Below, piece by piece: positions 1 to 9,504 of a DNA stretch of 64,000 bases. The notes under the pieces are model-generated. The model saw nothing but the letters and a program-made list of their open reading frames with translations, was not told the DNA's origin and did not search any database. Source of the DNA: Squalus acanthias (Eukaryota); contig CM059452.1 of assembly GCA_030390025.1 (NCBI GenBank), forward strand, positions 6,944,001 through 7,008,000. The letters are read 5' to 3'. The translations under genes were made by a program, and so were the position numbers. Within the stretch, counting starts at the first letter, position 1. Each line of letters starts with the position of its first letter.

Positions 1-198
1 CCTTTCCCCTCTCTCTGGTGGGGGAGTGGGTGGTACAGTGTGTTAACAATTGCCCTTTCCCTTCCCTGTGGTGGGGGAGTGGGAGGTACAGTGGGTTAAC
101 AATTACCCTTTCCCCCTCTCTCTGGTGCGGGAGTGGGGGTACAGTGGGTTAACAATTGCCCTTTCCCCCTCTCTCTGGTGGGGGATTGGGGGTTACAG
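1..198. repeat. 53-bp G-rich minisatellite (~4 copies, runs off left edge) in the CH4-TM intron
   Basis: Unit CCCTTTCCCCTCTCTCTGGTGGGGGAGTGGGxGGTACAGTGGGTTAACAATTG recurs at ~1, 53, 106, 159. Confidence 0.9.
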
Positions 199-586
199 TT
201 CGTTTTCGTGTGCGGCCGTATTTCAGATCGCAGAGGATGTGATGCTGCAAAATAAAACTGGCCCCAATTCTGAAGGGATGGACAACACGAGAAACAGGGA
301 CACCGAGATCTAAATGTGCTGCGTTTGTTTGTCGGAAATGGGAACTTTTTGATTCCCCCCAGCGGGACGAAAGTTGCTGAAGTGACTTTGAGGAATCCTG
401 TCATGAAAGAGCTTCAGTCTGTCTCTAACCCGTGGTGTATCTGAGCTGGGAGCGCTGGCTGTACAAGCCTTGGGCCCGAGACCGGCAAATATCCTGCTTC
501 AGATAAACAGCCCTCCCCTTGGCAAAACTGGGAAACAAAATTAATTGAGCGGCTGTGTGTGTAACTGACGATTGGAAGAAAAGGCC

Positions 587-602
587 TTTATTGGTTTTTA
601 TT
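587..602 (-). terminator. Tandem polyadenylation signals for secretory IgM mRNA
   Basis: AATAAA on minus at 597-602 and 587-592, 29-44 nt after the CH4/tail stop, followed by a T/GT-rich tract (~520-545). Confidence 0.85.
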
Positions 603-630
603 CAAGAACTGAAATGCAATCGAGAGATTC

Positions 631-1022
631 TCATTGACAAGAATTGACGGTGTCCATCAGAACAAGGGAAATGTTGACAAAACTGGGTTTACCGCTGGAT
701 TTATTAACCGTTCTGTTGATGATCTTCAAGGGGATCGCTTCATGTCCCACCACACAGGAGTAAGAAGCGCCGCTGGCCCACTCCTCCGCTGCAATGGATA
801 ACAGGCTGTACATGAAGAAGGAACTGCTGCCGTTCTCCGCCATCACCTCGGTGTTCTTGTAGTTGCCGGAATTCACCGGCTTGTCATTGACGGTCCACTT
901 GACGAAGATCTCTCGGGGGGAGAAACCTCTCACTAAGCAGGTGAGGCTGACGAACCTCTGAGCGGAGACTTCTTCTGCCGGGGGCAGGAGGACAGACACG
1001 GACGGTTCCCGCGGATCTTTAG
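631..1022 (-). CDS. IGHM: IgM heavy chain CH4 exon plus secretory tailpiece
   Basis: Acceptor ttctgcag|CT at 1022; translation (A)[42 protein letters not shown]...[43 protein letters not shown]; C1-set Cys-Trp-Cys, tail NIS glycosylation site and penultimate Cys. Confidence 0.97.
687..695 (-). promoter_or_regulatory. Internal splice donor in CH4 used for the membrane (TM) isoform
   Basis: AGC G|GTAAAC at the S-G-K motif (exon end 693), the conserved position of the CH4-to-TM donor in mu genes. Confidence 0.85.
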
Positions 1023-1538
1023 CTGCAGAACAATTACAGTAAAGGTCAATAAACTGGAGAATTCCAGAGACAATGAAACCGGCGGTTAGATGTGAGAAAT
1101 GTGCTTTACGCTGAATTTTAAAGGATTCCCTTTTCCCCTCTGTGTCCTGTCCGGTTTTCCGGCCCGGAGCAGAGGGTGATACAATCCTTCTCTGTGGGAG
1201 CTTGAAGAGTTGGACTGGAAAATTGTATAGAATTTATATTATAGAAACAGACCATTCGGCCCAACTGGTCAATGGCGCTGTTTATGCTCCACACGAGACT
1301 CCTCCCACCTTACTTCATCTAACCCTAATAACATATCCTTCTATTCCTTTTTCCCTCACTGACTTATCCAGCTCCCCCTTAAATGCATCATCTCTGGTCC
1401 CAGAGGGTTTAGTTAGTGGAATTACCCATTGAATTATTAGAGCAGTCCATTAAAACACTTAATATTATGAATTGGGCCGTGCACAAGCACCGGAAATAGT
1501 CACAGAGTCTCACTAATTGCTACAATCTCACCGCTCAC

Positions 1539-1847
1539 CTTTTTCCTTGTGGATGGAATCTCTTATAGGAGTCGGCATATCCTGATGGCTCACCACGCAG
1601 TAGAACTCATCCCCACTCAGCCAGGCTTGTGTCGAGATGTTTAAGTTGCTGATCACGCTGTTGGGAGCCTCTCCGGGTTGGACGGCAATCTCTGATTTCA
1701 AAGTCTCCTTTTCTCGGGTCCAGGACACGTTGACTCCATAAGGAGCATTAGACACGACGCAGGTTAAGGTCACCGTCGCCTCCAGTAAAACCTGTTCTAG
1801 TGACGGTTGCGGAAGAGTGATTTCTGGATCGTTGCATTGGATCTCAT
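1539..1847 (-). CDS. IGHM: IgM heavy chain CH3 exon
   Basis: ttcacag|AT ... AAA G|gtgagc, 309 nt, phase 1-1, open: (D)[42 protein letters not shown]...[23 protein letters not shown]. Confidence 0.96.
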
Positions 1848-2311
1848 CTGTGAACAGAAATGAAAGTCAAGCAAAGCTTCATCTTCAGAATCAGGACACC
1901 AGTATTCAGCCTTCACTCTCTCAGGGAGAATAAATCAACTTTGAGAGATTAACCTCTCGCTGTTGCATAAACACCATCGTTATTGGAAGGACAACGAATT
2001 GACAACGATTCCGGGAGACTCTTTAACATTTCCTGTGTATTTGTTCCCAGATCCTCCTGTAATGGGCTGTGAAGCAAATACCCCGCGTAAAAACATTGAA
2101 TAAATTCGGCCGCAATTTTATTAGGCAGTAAATAGCGATCTTCCCGAAATCCCTTGCTCCTTTACGCCCGTCTATAGATCCTTGTGCCCGAACGCATTCC
2201 CGCTCATTTTAATGGCTCCGCCCCCAGGGTCAAGAGCTCTACACGAATATTACGCTGGTTCAAACCGAGTCTCAAATGAAATCCAGGATTTATGGTGCAA
2301 CAGGAAACAAA

Positions 2312-2585
2312 GTTCGAATCCGGCCTCGGGTGACTGTCTGTGTGGAGTTTGCACATTCTCCCCGTGTCTGCGTGGGTTTCCTCCGGGTGCTCCGGTTTCC
2401 TCCCACAGTCCAAAGATGTGCGGGTTAGGTTGATTTGGCTATGATAAATTGACCCTTAGTGTTAGGGGGGATTAAATACGTGGGGTTACGGGGATAGGGT
2501 GGGATATGTGTCGGTGCAGGCTCGATGGGCCGAAATGGCCTCTATCTGCACTGTGGGGATTCTGTGTGGTTCTGTGATTCTGTGA
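2312..2585 (+). mobile_element. HE1-like V-SINE, 5'-truncated
   Basis: B-box GTTCGAATCC, V-domain GTGTGGAGTTTGCACATTCTCCCCGTGTCTGCGTGGGTTTCCTCCGGGTGCTCCGGTTTCCTCCCACAGTCCAAAGA, CR1-type tail ending (GATTCTGT)n. Confidence 0.85.
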
Positions 2586-2824
2586 AAGTTAATTTTCTGA
2601 TGTCTTGTTGCGATTTTGGGGGCGATGAAAATGTGCAGGAATCAGTTGCGGCCCCCGTCAGAGGAGAAGTGAAAGGTCGGGAGAATGGAGTTCCAAGGGG
2701 TCTTTGGGTGGAGAATAATGTGTAATGCCGATGTGAAGTAGTTTGTTCATTTCTGTCATTAGTGAGCACTTAACATGTCTGGTGAGAGAGAATCAGAAGG
2801 AAATATGACCGCAGGGCAGTAATA

Positions 2825-3525
2825 ACAACATAGGAACAGGAGCAGGCCATTCAGCCCATCCAGCCTGTTCCGACATTCAATGAGATCATGGCTGATCTAC
2901 ACCTCAACACCATCTACCCGCCTTGTTTCTGTAACCCTTGGTACCTTTGCCTAACAAACATCTTACAATCTCAGTTTTGAAATTTGCAATTGGCCCACAG
3001 CCTCAACAGCTTTTGGGGGAGAGAGTTCCAGATTTCCACTGTCCTTTGTGTGAAGAAGTGTTTCCTGACATCACCCCTGAACGGCTCGGTTCTAATTTGA
3101 AGGTTATGCCCCTTGTTCTGGACTCCCGCACCAGAGGAAATAGTTTCTCTCTATCTCCCCTATCAATTCAATTTATCAGCTTAAACACCTCAATTAGATC
3201 ACCTCTTAATCTTCTATATTCAGAGGAATACGAGTCTATCCTGTGCAGCCTCTCCTCATTATTTAACACTTTTATCCCCGGTATCACAGAATCCCCACAG
3301 TGCAGATAGAGGCCGTTTCGGCCCATCGAGCCTGCACCGACACATATCCCACCCTATCCCCGTAACCCCACCTATTTAATCCCCCTAACACTAAGGGTCA
3401 ATTTATCATAGCCAAATCAACCTAACCCGCACATCATTCTATTAAATCTGCACTGCGGCCCATCCAAGGCCAATATATCCTTCCTGATGGGCGGTGCCCA
3501 GAATTGAACGCAGTTCTCTAAATAG
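2825..3525 (-). mobile_element. CR1-clade LINE 3' fragment, interrupted by a SINE piece at 3283-3435
   Basis: Reverse CR1 3' end (ATAGGAACAGGAGCAGGCCATTCAGCCC) and degenerate ORF2 C-terminus (reverse of ...QFWAP... at ~3495-3515). Confidence 0.8.
3283..3435 (-). mobile_element. 3' half of HE1-like SINE, inverted relative to and nearly identical with 2415-2566
   Basis: Reverse complement matches 2415-2566 with about three differences. Confidence 0.9.
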
Positions 3526-3716
3526 AACAGATGCCCTTTCTAGCAGTGGGTCCCGAGACAGTTACCAGTAAAGAGTTCCAGACACCTACTGTCGCTCCGA
3601 ATATGATCAGCCAACTCAGGATAAACCTGAGACCGAGGACACCTCACTCACTGACGGACATCAGAGCAGAGAGAAACCTTCTTTGGCGAGTTTATGGAAT
3701 CATGAACCTGAGGAAT

Positions 3717-4152
3717 CCTGATTCAGAAGATAGTGGGTTCAAGTCTCACTCCAGATACTTGAACACAAAATGTAAATTGACACACCCAGTGCAGTACTGA
3801 GGGAGAGCTGCACTGTCGGAGGTGCCGTCTTTCGCTTGAGAAGTTAAACCGAAGCCCCGTCTGTCCTCTCAGGTGGACGCCAAAGATCCTATGGCACTAT
3901 TTCGAGGAAGAGCGGGGGAGTTCTCCCAGGTGTCCTGGCCAATATTTCTCCCTCAACAAACATCACTAAACAACAGGATTATCTGATCATTATCACATTG
4001 CTGTTTGTGGGACTTTACTGTCTGCAAATTGGCCGCTGCGATTTCTACATTACAACAGTGACCACATTTCAGGAAGTACTTCCTTGGCGGTAAAGTGCTT
4101 TGGGACGTCTGGAGGTCGGGAATGGCGCTATGTAAAGGCAGTTCTTTCTTTT
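3717..4152 (+). mobile_element. DeuSINE/SacSINE1-like element
   Basis: GTGGGTTCAAGTC B-box, CAGTGCAGTACTGAGGGAG, GTTAAACCGAAGCCCCGTCTG, AAAGATCCTATGGCACTATTTCG, L2-like tail GGCGCTATGTAAAGGCAGTTCTTTCTTT. Confidence 0.8.
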
Positions 4153-4456
4153 ATTTTATATTGGAAGAAAACACAAACAGCATGATTGGAAATTAGAATT
4201 AGAGCTTTCTCAGGGTAAACCTGAGACTAAGGACACCTCACTCACTGTCTGACATCACAGCTGAGGGAAACCTTTGGCGAAGTGATGGAATCCTGAACCG
4301 TGAGGAACCCTGAGTCAGCACTGACATCGGAAGGAAACATAAACTGTATGATTGGAAATTAGAAACAGTTCTGCGCTTTTTACTAATTCCAATAAAAGTC
4401 CTGACTGAGATCGGCGCTCAGAATGATCTGGAACTTCCCGGGGTTGTGTCTCTTAC

Positions 4457-4774
4457 CCTTAGATCTGGAGATGTTTCTGCTTTGGGTGACCCCTTGATGA
4501 GTGACCTGGCAGGTATAGACTGAGTCGGCGAACCAATCCCTGGCGGGGAATGTCAGCCGACTGGTCGCCGAGAAGTTCCCGTTCACTTCAAAGACGGGAG
4601 AGGTAACGAAGCCTAAATCCATGAGTTGTCCTTTCTTCAGCCAATTCACGGTCAGTGACTTTGGACGGAAATCGATGATTGAACAGACGGCGGTTACAGA
4701 CCTGCTGCTGATGATTTCTTCATTGGAACTCAGGGTGAGGATCACAGTTGGAGGGACGATATCACGTTTCCAAC
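4457..4774 (-). CDS. IGHM: IgM heavy chain CH2 exon
   Basis: ttttgaag|GT ... AAG G|gtaaga, 318 nt, phase 1-1, open: (G)[44 protein letters not shown]...[21 protein letters not shown]. Confidence 0.95.
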
Positions 4775-4889
4775 CTTCAAAAGAACACATGTTAATGAAA
4801 TTCCTTATAAAATAAATGATTAAGAAATGCAAAGTGTCCTTATATTTTAACAGGGCCCTTTACTGTCAGGCTCACACTAACCTGGCACT

Positions 4890-5890
4890 TCCAGAGAGCA
4901 GAACTTTGCACAGTATTCTAAGAGCGATATGGAGACCGGAGCTCTACACAGTACAGGAAGTGTGCTATGGAGACCAGAACTCTACACAGTACTCTAAGTG
5001 TGATATGGAGACGAGAACTGTGCACAGTACACTAAGTGTGATATGGAGAACAGAACTGTGCACAGTACACTAAGTGTGATATGGAGAACAGAACTGTGCA
5101 CAGTACACTAAGTGTGATATGGAGAACAGAAGTGTGCACAGTACATTAAGTGTGATATGGAGAACAGAACTGTGCACAGTACACTAAGTGTGATATGGAG
5201 AACAGAACTGTGCACAGTACACTAAGTGTGATATGGAGAACAGAACTGTGCACAGTACACTAAGTGTGATATGGAGAACAGAACTGTGCACAGTACACTA
5301 AGTGTGATATGGAGAACAGAAATGTGCACAGAATTGTAAGTGTGATATGGAGACCAGAACTGTGCACAGTACACTAAGTGTGATATGGAGACCAGAACTG
5401 TGCACAGTACACTAAGTGTGATATGGAGAACAGAACTGTGCACAGTACATTAAGTGTGATATGGAGAACAGAACTGTGCAGAGAATTGTAAGTGTGATAT
5501 GGAGAACAGGACTGTGCACAGTTCACTAAGTGTGATATGGAGAACAGAACTGTGCACAGTACATTAAGTGTGATATGGAGAACAGAACTGTGCACAGTAC
5601 ATTAAGTGTGATATGGAGAACAGAACTGTGCACAGAATTGTAAGTGTAATATGGAGACCAGAACTGTGCACAGTACACTAAGTGTGATATGGAGACTACA
5701 ACTGTTCACAATACTCTAAGTATGTTGTGGAGACCAGAACTGTGCTCAATGCACTAAGTGTAATATGGAGACTGGAACTCTGCAAAGTACACTAAGTGTG
5801 ATATGGAGACCAGAAGTGTGCACAGTACTCTATACGTGGGATATGGAGACCAAAACTGTCCACAATACTCCAAGTGTGGACTAACCAGGT
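4890..5890. repeat. 38-bp minisatellite (~26 copies) in the CH1-CH2 intron, derived from CR1 ORF2
   Basis: Unit TAAGTGTGATATGGAGAACAGAACTGTGCACAGTACAC at 4995, 5033, 5071...; minus strand reads HLVYCAQFWSPY, like the CR1 motif LVRPHLEYCVQFWSP. Confidence 0.93.
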
Positions 5891-5956
5891 TTCGGCAAAA
5901 GTTGAACATAACGCCTCACCTTTTCACAGTTTCCCCCTGTATCCCACAAAACTGAC

Positions 5957-6256
5957 CTGGCATTTTGACGCTTAAGTCCGACCCACTTTGTCGAACCTGG
6001 CAGTAGATTGTGCTGCTCCCCACCTCTGACTCGGTGATGGTTAACTGGCTGCTCAGGGTGTAGGTTCCCTTCTTGTTGAACACTGACGGGTAGGTCTTCA
6101 ATCCAGTGGTGATCGGCTCTTTATCTTTACTCCAGGAAAGGCTGGTGATTTCCGGGAAGTAGTCCATCGCCAAACAGCCGTAGGTGACGGGGCCGCCGGT
6201 GTTGGGTTGTTCACAGGAGGAGAGCAGGGCGTAGAGGGTGGGAGGAGACTGTGTCG
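5957..6256 (-). CDS. IGHM: IgM heavy chain CH1 exon
   Basis: ttcccag|CG ... CCA G|gtcagt, 300 nt, phase 1-1, open: (A)[41 protein letters not shown]...[18 protein letters not shown]; includes the candidate light-chain-bonding Cys (SSCEQ). Confidence 0.96.
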
Positions 6257-6599
6257 CTGGGAAAGAATGGCCAATTGAACAAGTTAGACTCTGTAATCCG
6301 TGCTTATAACATAACCAACAACTCGAAATGTGACTACAGGATGAACTAATTCCATCATTTGCCGATCAAAACCTAGATCAGCATTTGAGTTTCTGTGAGT
6401 TGTGAGACCCGACGTGAAACGCCTTCATGTGACTGCAGTCTTGTACATAAGAAAAGTCAGGAGTCTGAAAGCGGCATTCTGTCCATGAGGCCCCTTTATA
6501 CCGAGTGAATGCTGGAATATTGTATCGTGGACTTCCTCCAGCCCTTGATCCCCTGTTATGGAACACTCCCCTCATTCCTCAACCACTTTCACATTAGAT

Positions 6600-6908
6600 T
6601 CTTTCACATTCTGTCCACTGAGCTCCTCCCTACATCCTTTTGCTGTCAGCCTCTTATTATCAGCACAGAATCAGGCCATTCCATGATATCAAAGTGTCGT
6701 CATCTCTCCATTGTAAGATGCTGCCTTAAAACCTACCTCTTTGACCAAGCTTTTGGTCAACTGTCAGAGTAATTACCAACCATACTAAAGAATAAAATTA
6801 TGTGTCTAATGTGGCTCGGTGTCAGATTGTATCTGCTTCCGCTCCTGTGAATCGTCTTGGGAGGTTTTACTACGTTAAAGGCGCTATATAAATGCAAGTT
6901 GTTGTTTT
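6600..6908 (+). mobile_element. L2-clade LINE 3' end
   Basis: CCTTAAAACCTACCTCTTTGACCAAGCTTTTGG (LKTYLFDQAF) and tail AAAGGCGCTATATAAATGCAAGTTGTTGTT. Confidence 0.75.
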
Positions 6909-7029
6909 CAGGGGATAGACTTGTTTGAATAGCGGTGGGATTAGTTCTCCTAATCACAACTCCTACAGCTAGATCTACTAGTTGTATTACCTTTAAAACA
7001 AATCCCAGCATGTTTATAGAGCATGACCA

Positions 7030-7395
7030 GAATTATAAAATAATACAACTTTACAGCACAGAAGGAGGCGATTCGGCCAATCACACCTCTGTAAGATCTC
7101 TCCACCAATCCCGTGCACCTTCCAATTCCCAATCTTCTCAACTGTGCATTTTATCGAGCTATTATGGAGTCTGCATGCAGCCCAATTTCTGATAGGACAT
7201 CCCATGTTCAACAACCCCCTGTGTAGAAAAGTAGAATAATTTCCGCTCCCTTCATTCTGTTGCTGCTGATTTTCAATCAGTGCCATTTACTCACCAACTC
7301 ACCGACCCGGGGAAATATGTTTCCCGAATCCCTTCATAAAACCCTTCATAATTCCAAACCCCTCTATCAGACCTCATCTAAATCTTCTTTGTTCC
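7030..7395 (-). mobile_element. Degenerate CR1 3' fragment
   Basis: TACAGCACAGAAGGAGGCGATTCGGCC reverse tail and CCTTCATAATT...CTCTATCAGA reverse ORF2 end. Confidence 0.6.
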
Positions 7396-7859
7396 CATGA
7401 CAATAAAGGACGTTTACAATAAATGGGTTGAAGTCTCGTTTAAAATGTGAACTGAATAATTCAGCGCACAGATTTGAATAGGGAACTTTTGCACAGCCTG
7501 GTTTCTAAGATTCAAGCTTTAGATGAATCGGGATTGATTCGAGTCTCTCTCTTTCCTTCTCAGAATTGGAGGGAGAGCGATGCAGTGTGACTTGTGCTCT
7601 ATCCCATTCTACTGAATGGATGTCTCCTGACTTTCCTCCTCCCACTCACTCAATTAAATAATCCGAATTAAATACAATTCCCAAAGCCGGTTATATGGAA
7701 CGATGCTCTTTAAATGGTCCATTTCATTTTCCAAATTACTTTCCAACCTCCCACCAGTGAGAACAGGCGCTGCTTTCTGGGTCGTTACAGTCACTTCTTG
7801 TTGCTGTTTGTACCGAACATAATCTAAACATCGGGACAGGTTTCTTCTCTAAATATCTA

Positions 7860-8650
7860 ATATTGGCAATCCTTAAACATTATAAATCGATTGGTTATCA
7901 GCGGGTTCTATGCAAGGAAGGACAAACAATAACTAATGTGCTGACTGCTGATGTGGGCAACTCTGGCTTCTGGTTTGTGCGGGGGTGCAAGAGCAGAGGG
8001 ACCTGGGGAGCTTATTCACAAATCTGTGAAGGTGGCAGGGTAAGTTGATCAGGCGGTTCCGGAAGTGTGTGGGATACTTGCCATTGTAAAAGGGGCATTG
8101 AATACAAAAACAAGGAAGTCCTGCTAAACCTTTACAAATCACTGGTTAGGCATCAGATGGAGTAGTGTATAGAATTCTGACACCACAATTTAGGAAGGAT
8201 GTCAAGGCCTTGGAGAGGGTACAGAGGAGGTTGACCAGGAGGATACCAGGGATGAGAGACTTCAGTTATGTGGAGAGATTGGATAAGCTGGGATTGTTCC
8301 TTGGAGCAGAGAAGGTTAAGGGGAGACCTAATAGAGCTGTTCAAAATTGTGAGAGGTTTTGTCAGAGCAAGTCGGGAGACACGGTTTCTTCTGGCGAGTA
8401 TGTCGGTAACCAAAGGTCACAGATTTAAAATAATTGGCAAAATATCTAGAGGGGAAATGAGGCTCATTTTTTCAAACAGAGGGTTGTTAATTTCTGGAAT
8501 GCACGAGGCAACTGGACATGTCCTTGAAGAGGACTCAGTGGAGGGTTACGAGGAAAAAGCTGGGACTTGATTGGACAGCTCTTTCAGAGCCAGCACAGGT
8601 AAGACGGGCCGAATGGCCCCTTCTGTGCTCTGAGATTCTGTGATTCTACA
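7860..8650 (+). mobile_element. CR1-clade LINE 3' fragment
   Basis: Broken frames encode PQFRKDVKALERVQRRLTRRIPGMRDFSYVERLDKLGL / SLEQRRLRGDLIELFKIVRGF / TKGHRFK; tail (GATTCT)n. Confidence 0.9.
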
Positions 8651-9504
8651 CGGCTCAGCGGAATTAGTTCTTCCCGATTTAATGGAAGGAAACGCTTCAT
8701 AATGTTGAACACCTCTATCAGATCTATTTTATTGTTTGTTATAATGCAAGAGGATGTTTAAAATAAAGGAACTGAGGAATTTGACACAAATGATTCAATC
8801 GGATACTGTCACAGAGTCTTAAAGCTTATTGTGAATGACGACTCATCGCAGGCTGACTGTTTCTCTTTAAATGTTCCACAGAGGTGCGGCTCAGTGACTG
8901 TGAGCCTTGTGCTGTGACCCAGTCCAATAGCTGCACCTCACCCGAGTTTGTCCCTGCCTGTTACCTTTTTAAAAAACAATTGAACGATATAATGCTTTCA
9001 AACATAAGGTTCCCAGGATGGTTATTTGGAGCGGGAGTCTCGACATTCTCCATTTAAATTGTCAAAATAACTCCCAGCCTCCCATCAGATCAGAACAGGC
9101 GCTGCTTTCTGGAGCGTTACAGTCACTTCCTGAAACTGTTTGTTCTGAAAGTGAGCTCAGGATCAGGCCAATCTCATTCAATCATTATCTGATACTCAAA
9201 ATGTTTAAAGTTTATCAATTCATTAAAAAATGGGCAGTTTTATTTGCAATGAGGTTAAACTCAATTAATGCGCGGTTGTTTCATCGGAGCAATGGAAAGT
9301 TTTATATTTATATATCTGGCTGGAGAACTCACACTTTATTAGTTGGATGCACATTAAGGTTCCTTGAACAACACGGGACAAAGCACTCACAGATCTGTTA
9401 CAGTACAGATACAGAGTAAAGCTCCCTCTGCACTGCCCTGCCATCCGCTGTACCCTCAGGTAAAGGAAGGGATTGATTCCGAGCAACGCCAAGTCTGCAC
9501 AGCA

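Noticed and set aside
1-586. TM exons of IgM
   Set aside because: No hydrophobic CART-motif exon visible; they presumably lie beyond the left edge
3624-3643. AACCTGAGACCGAGGACACC resembles VH FR3 (NLRTEDT)
   Set aside because: Only ~20 nt with a gap, opposite strand, no YYC or RSS following
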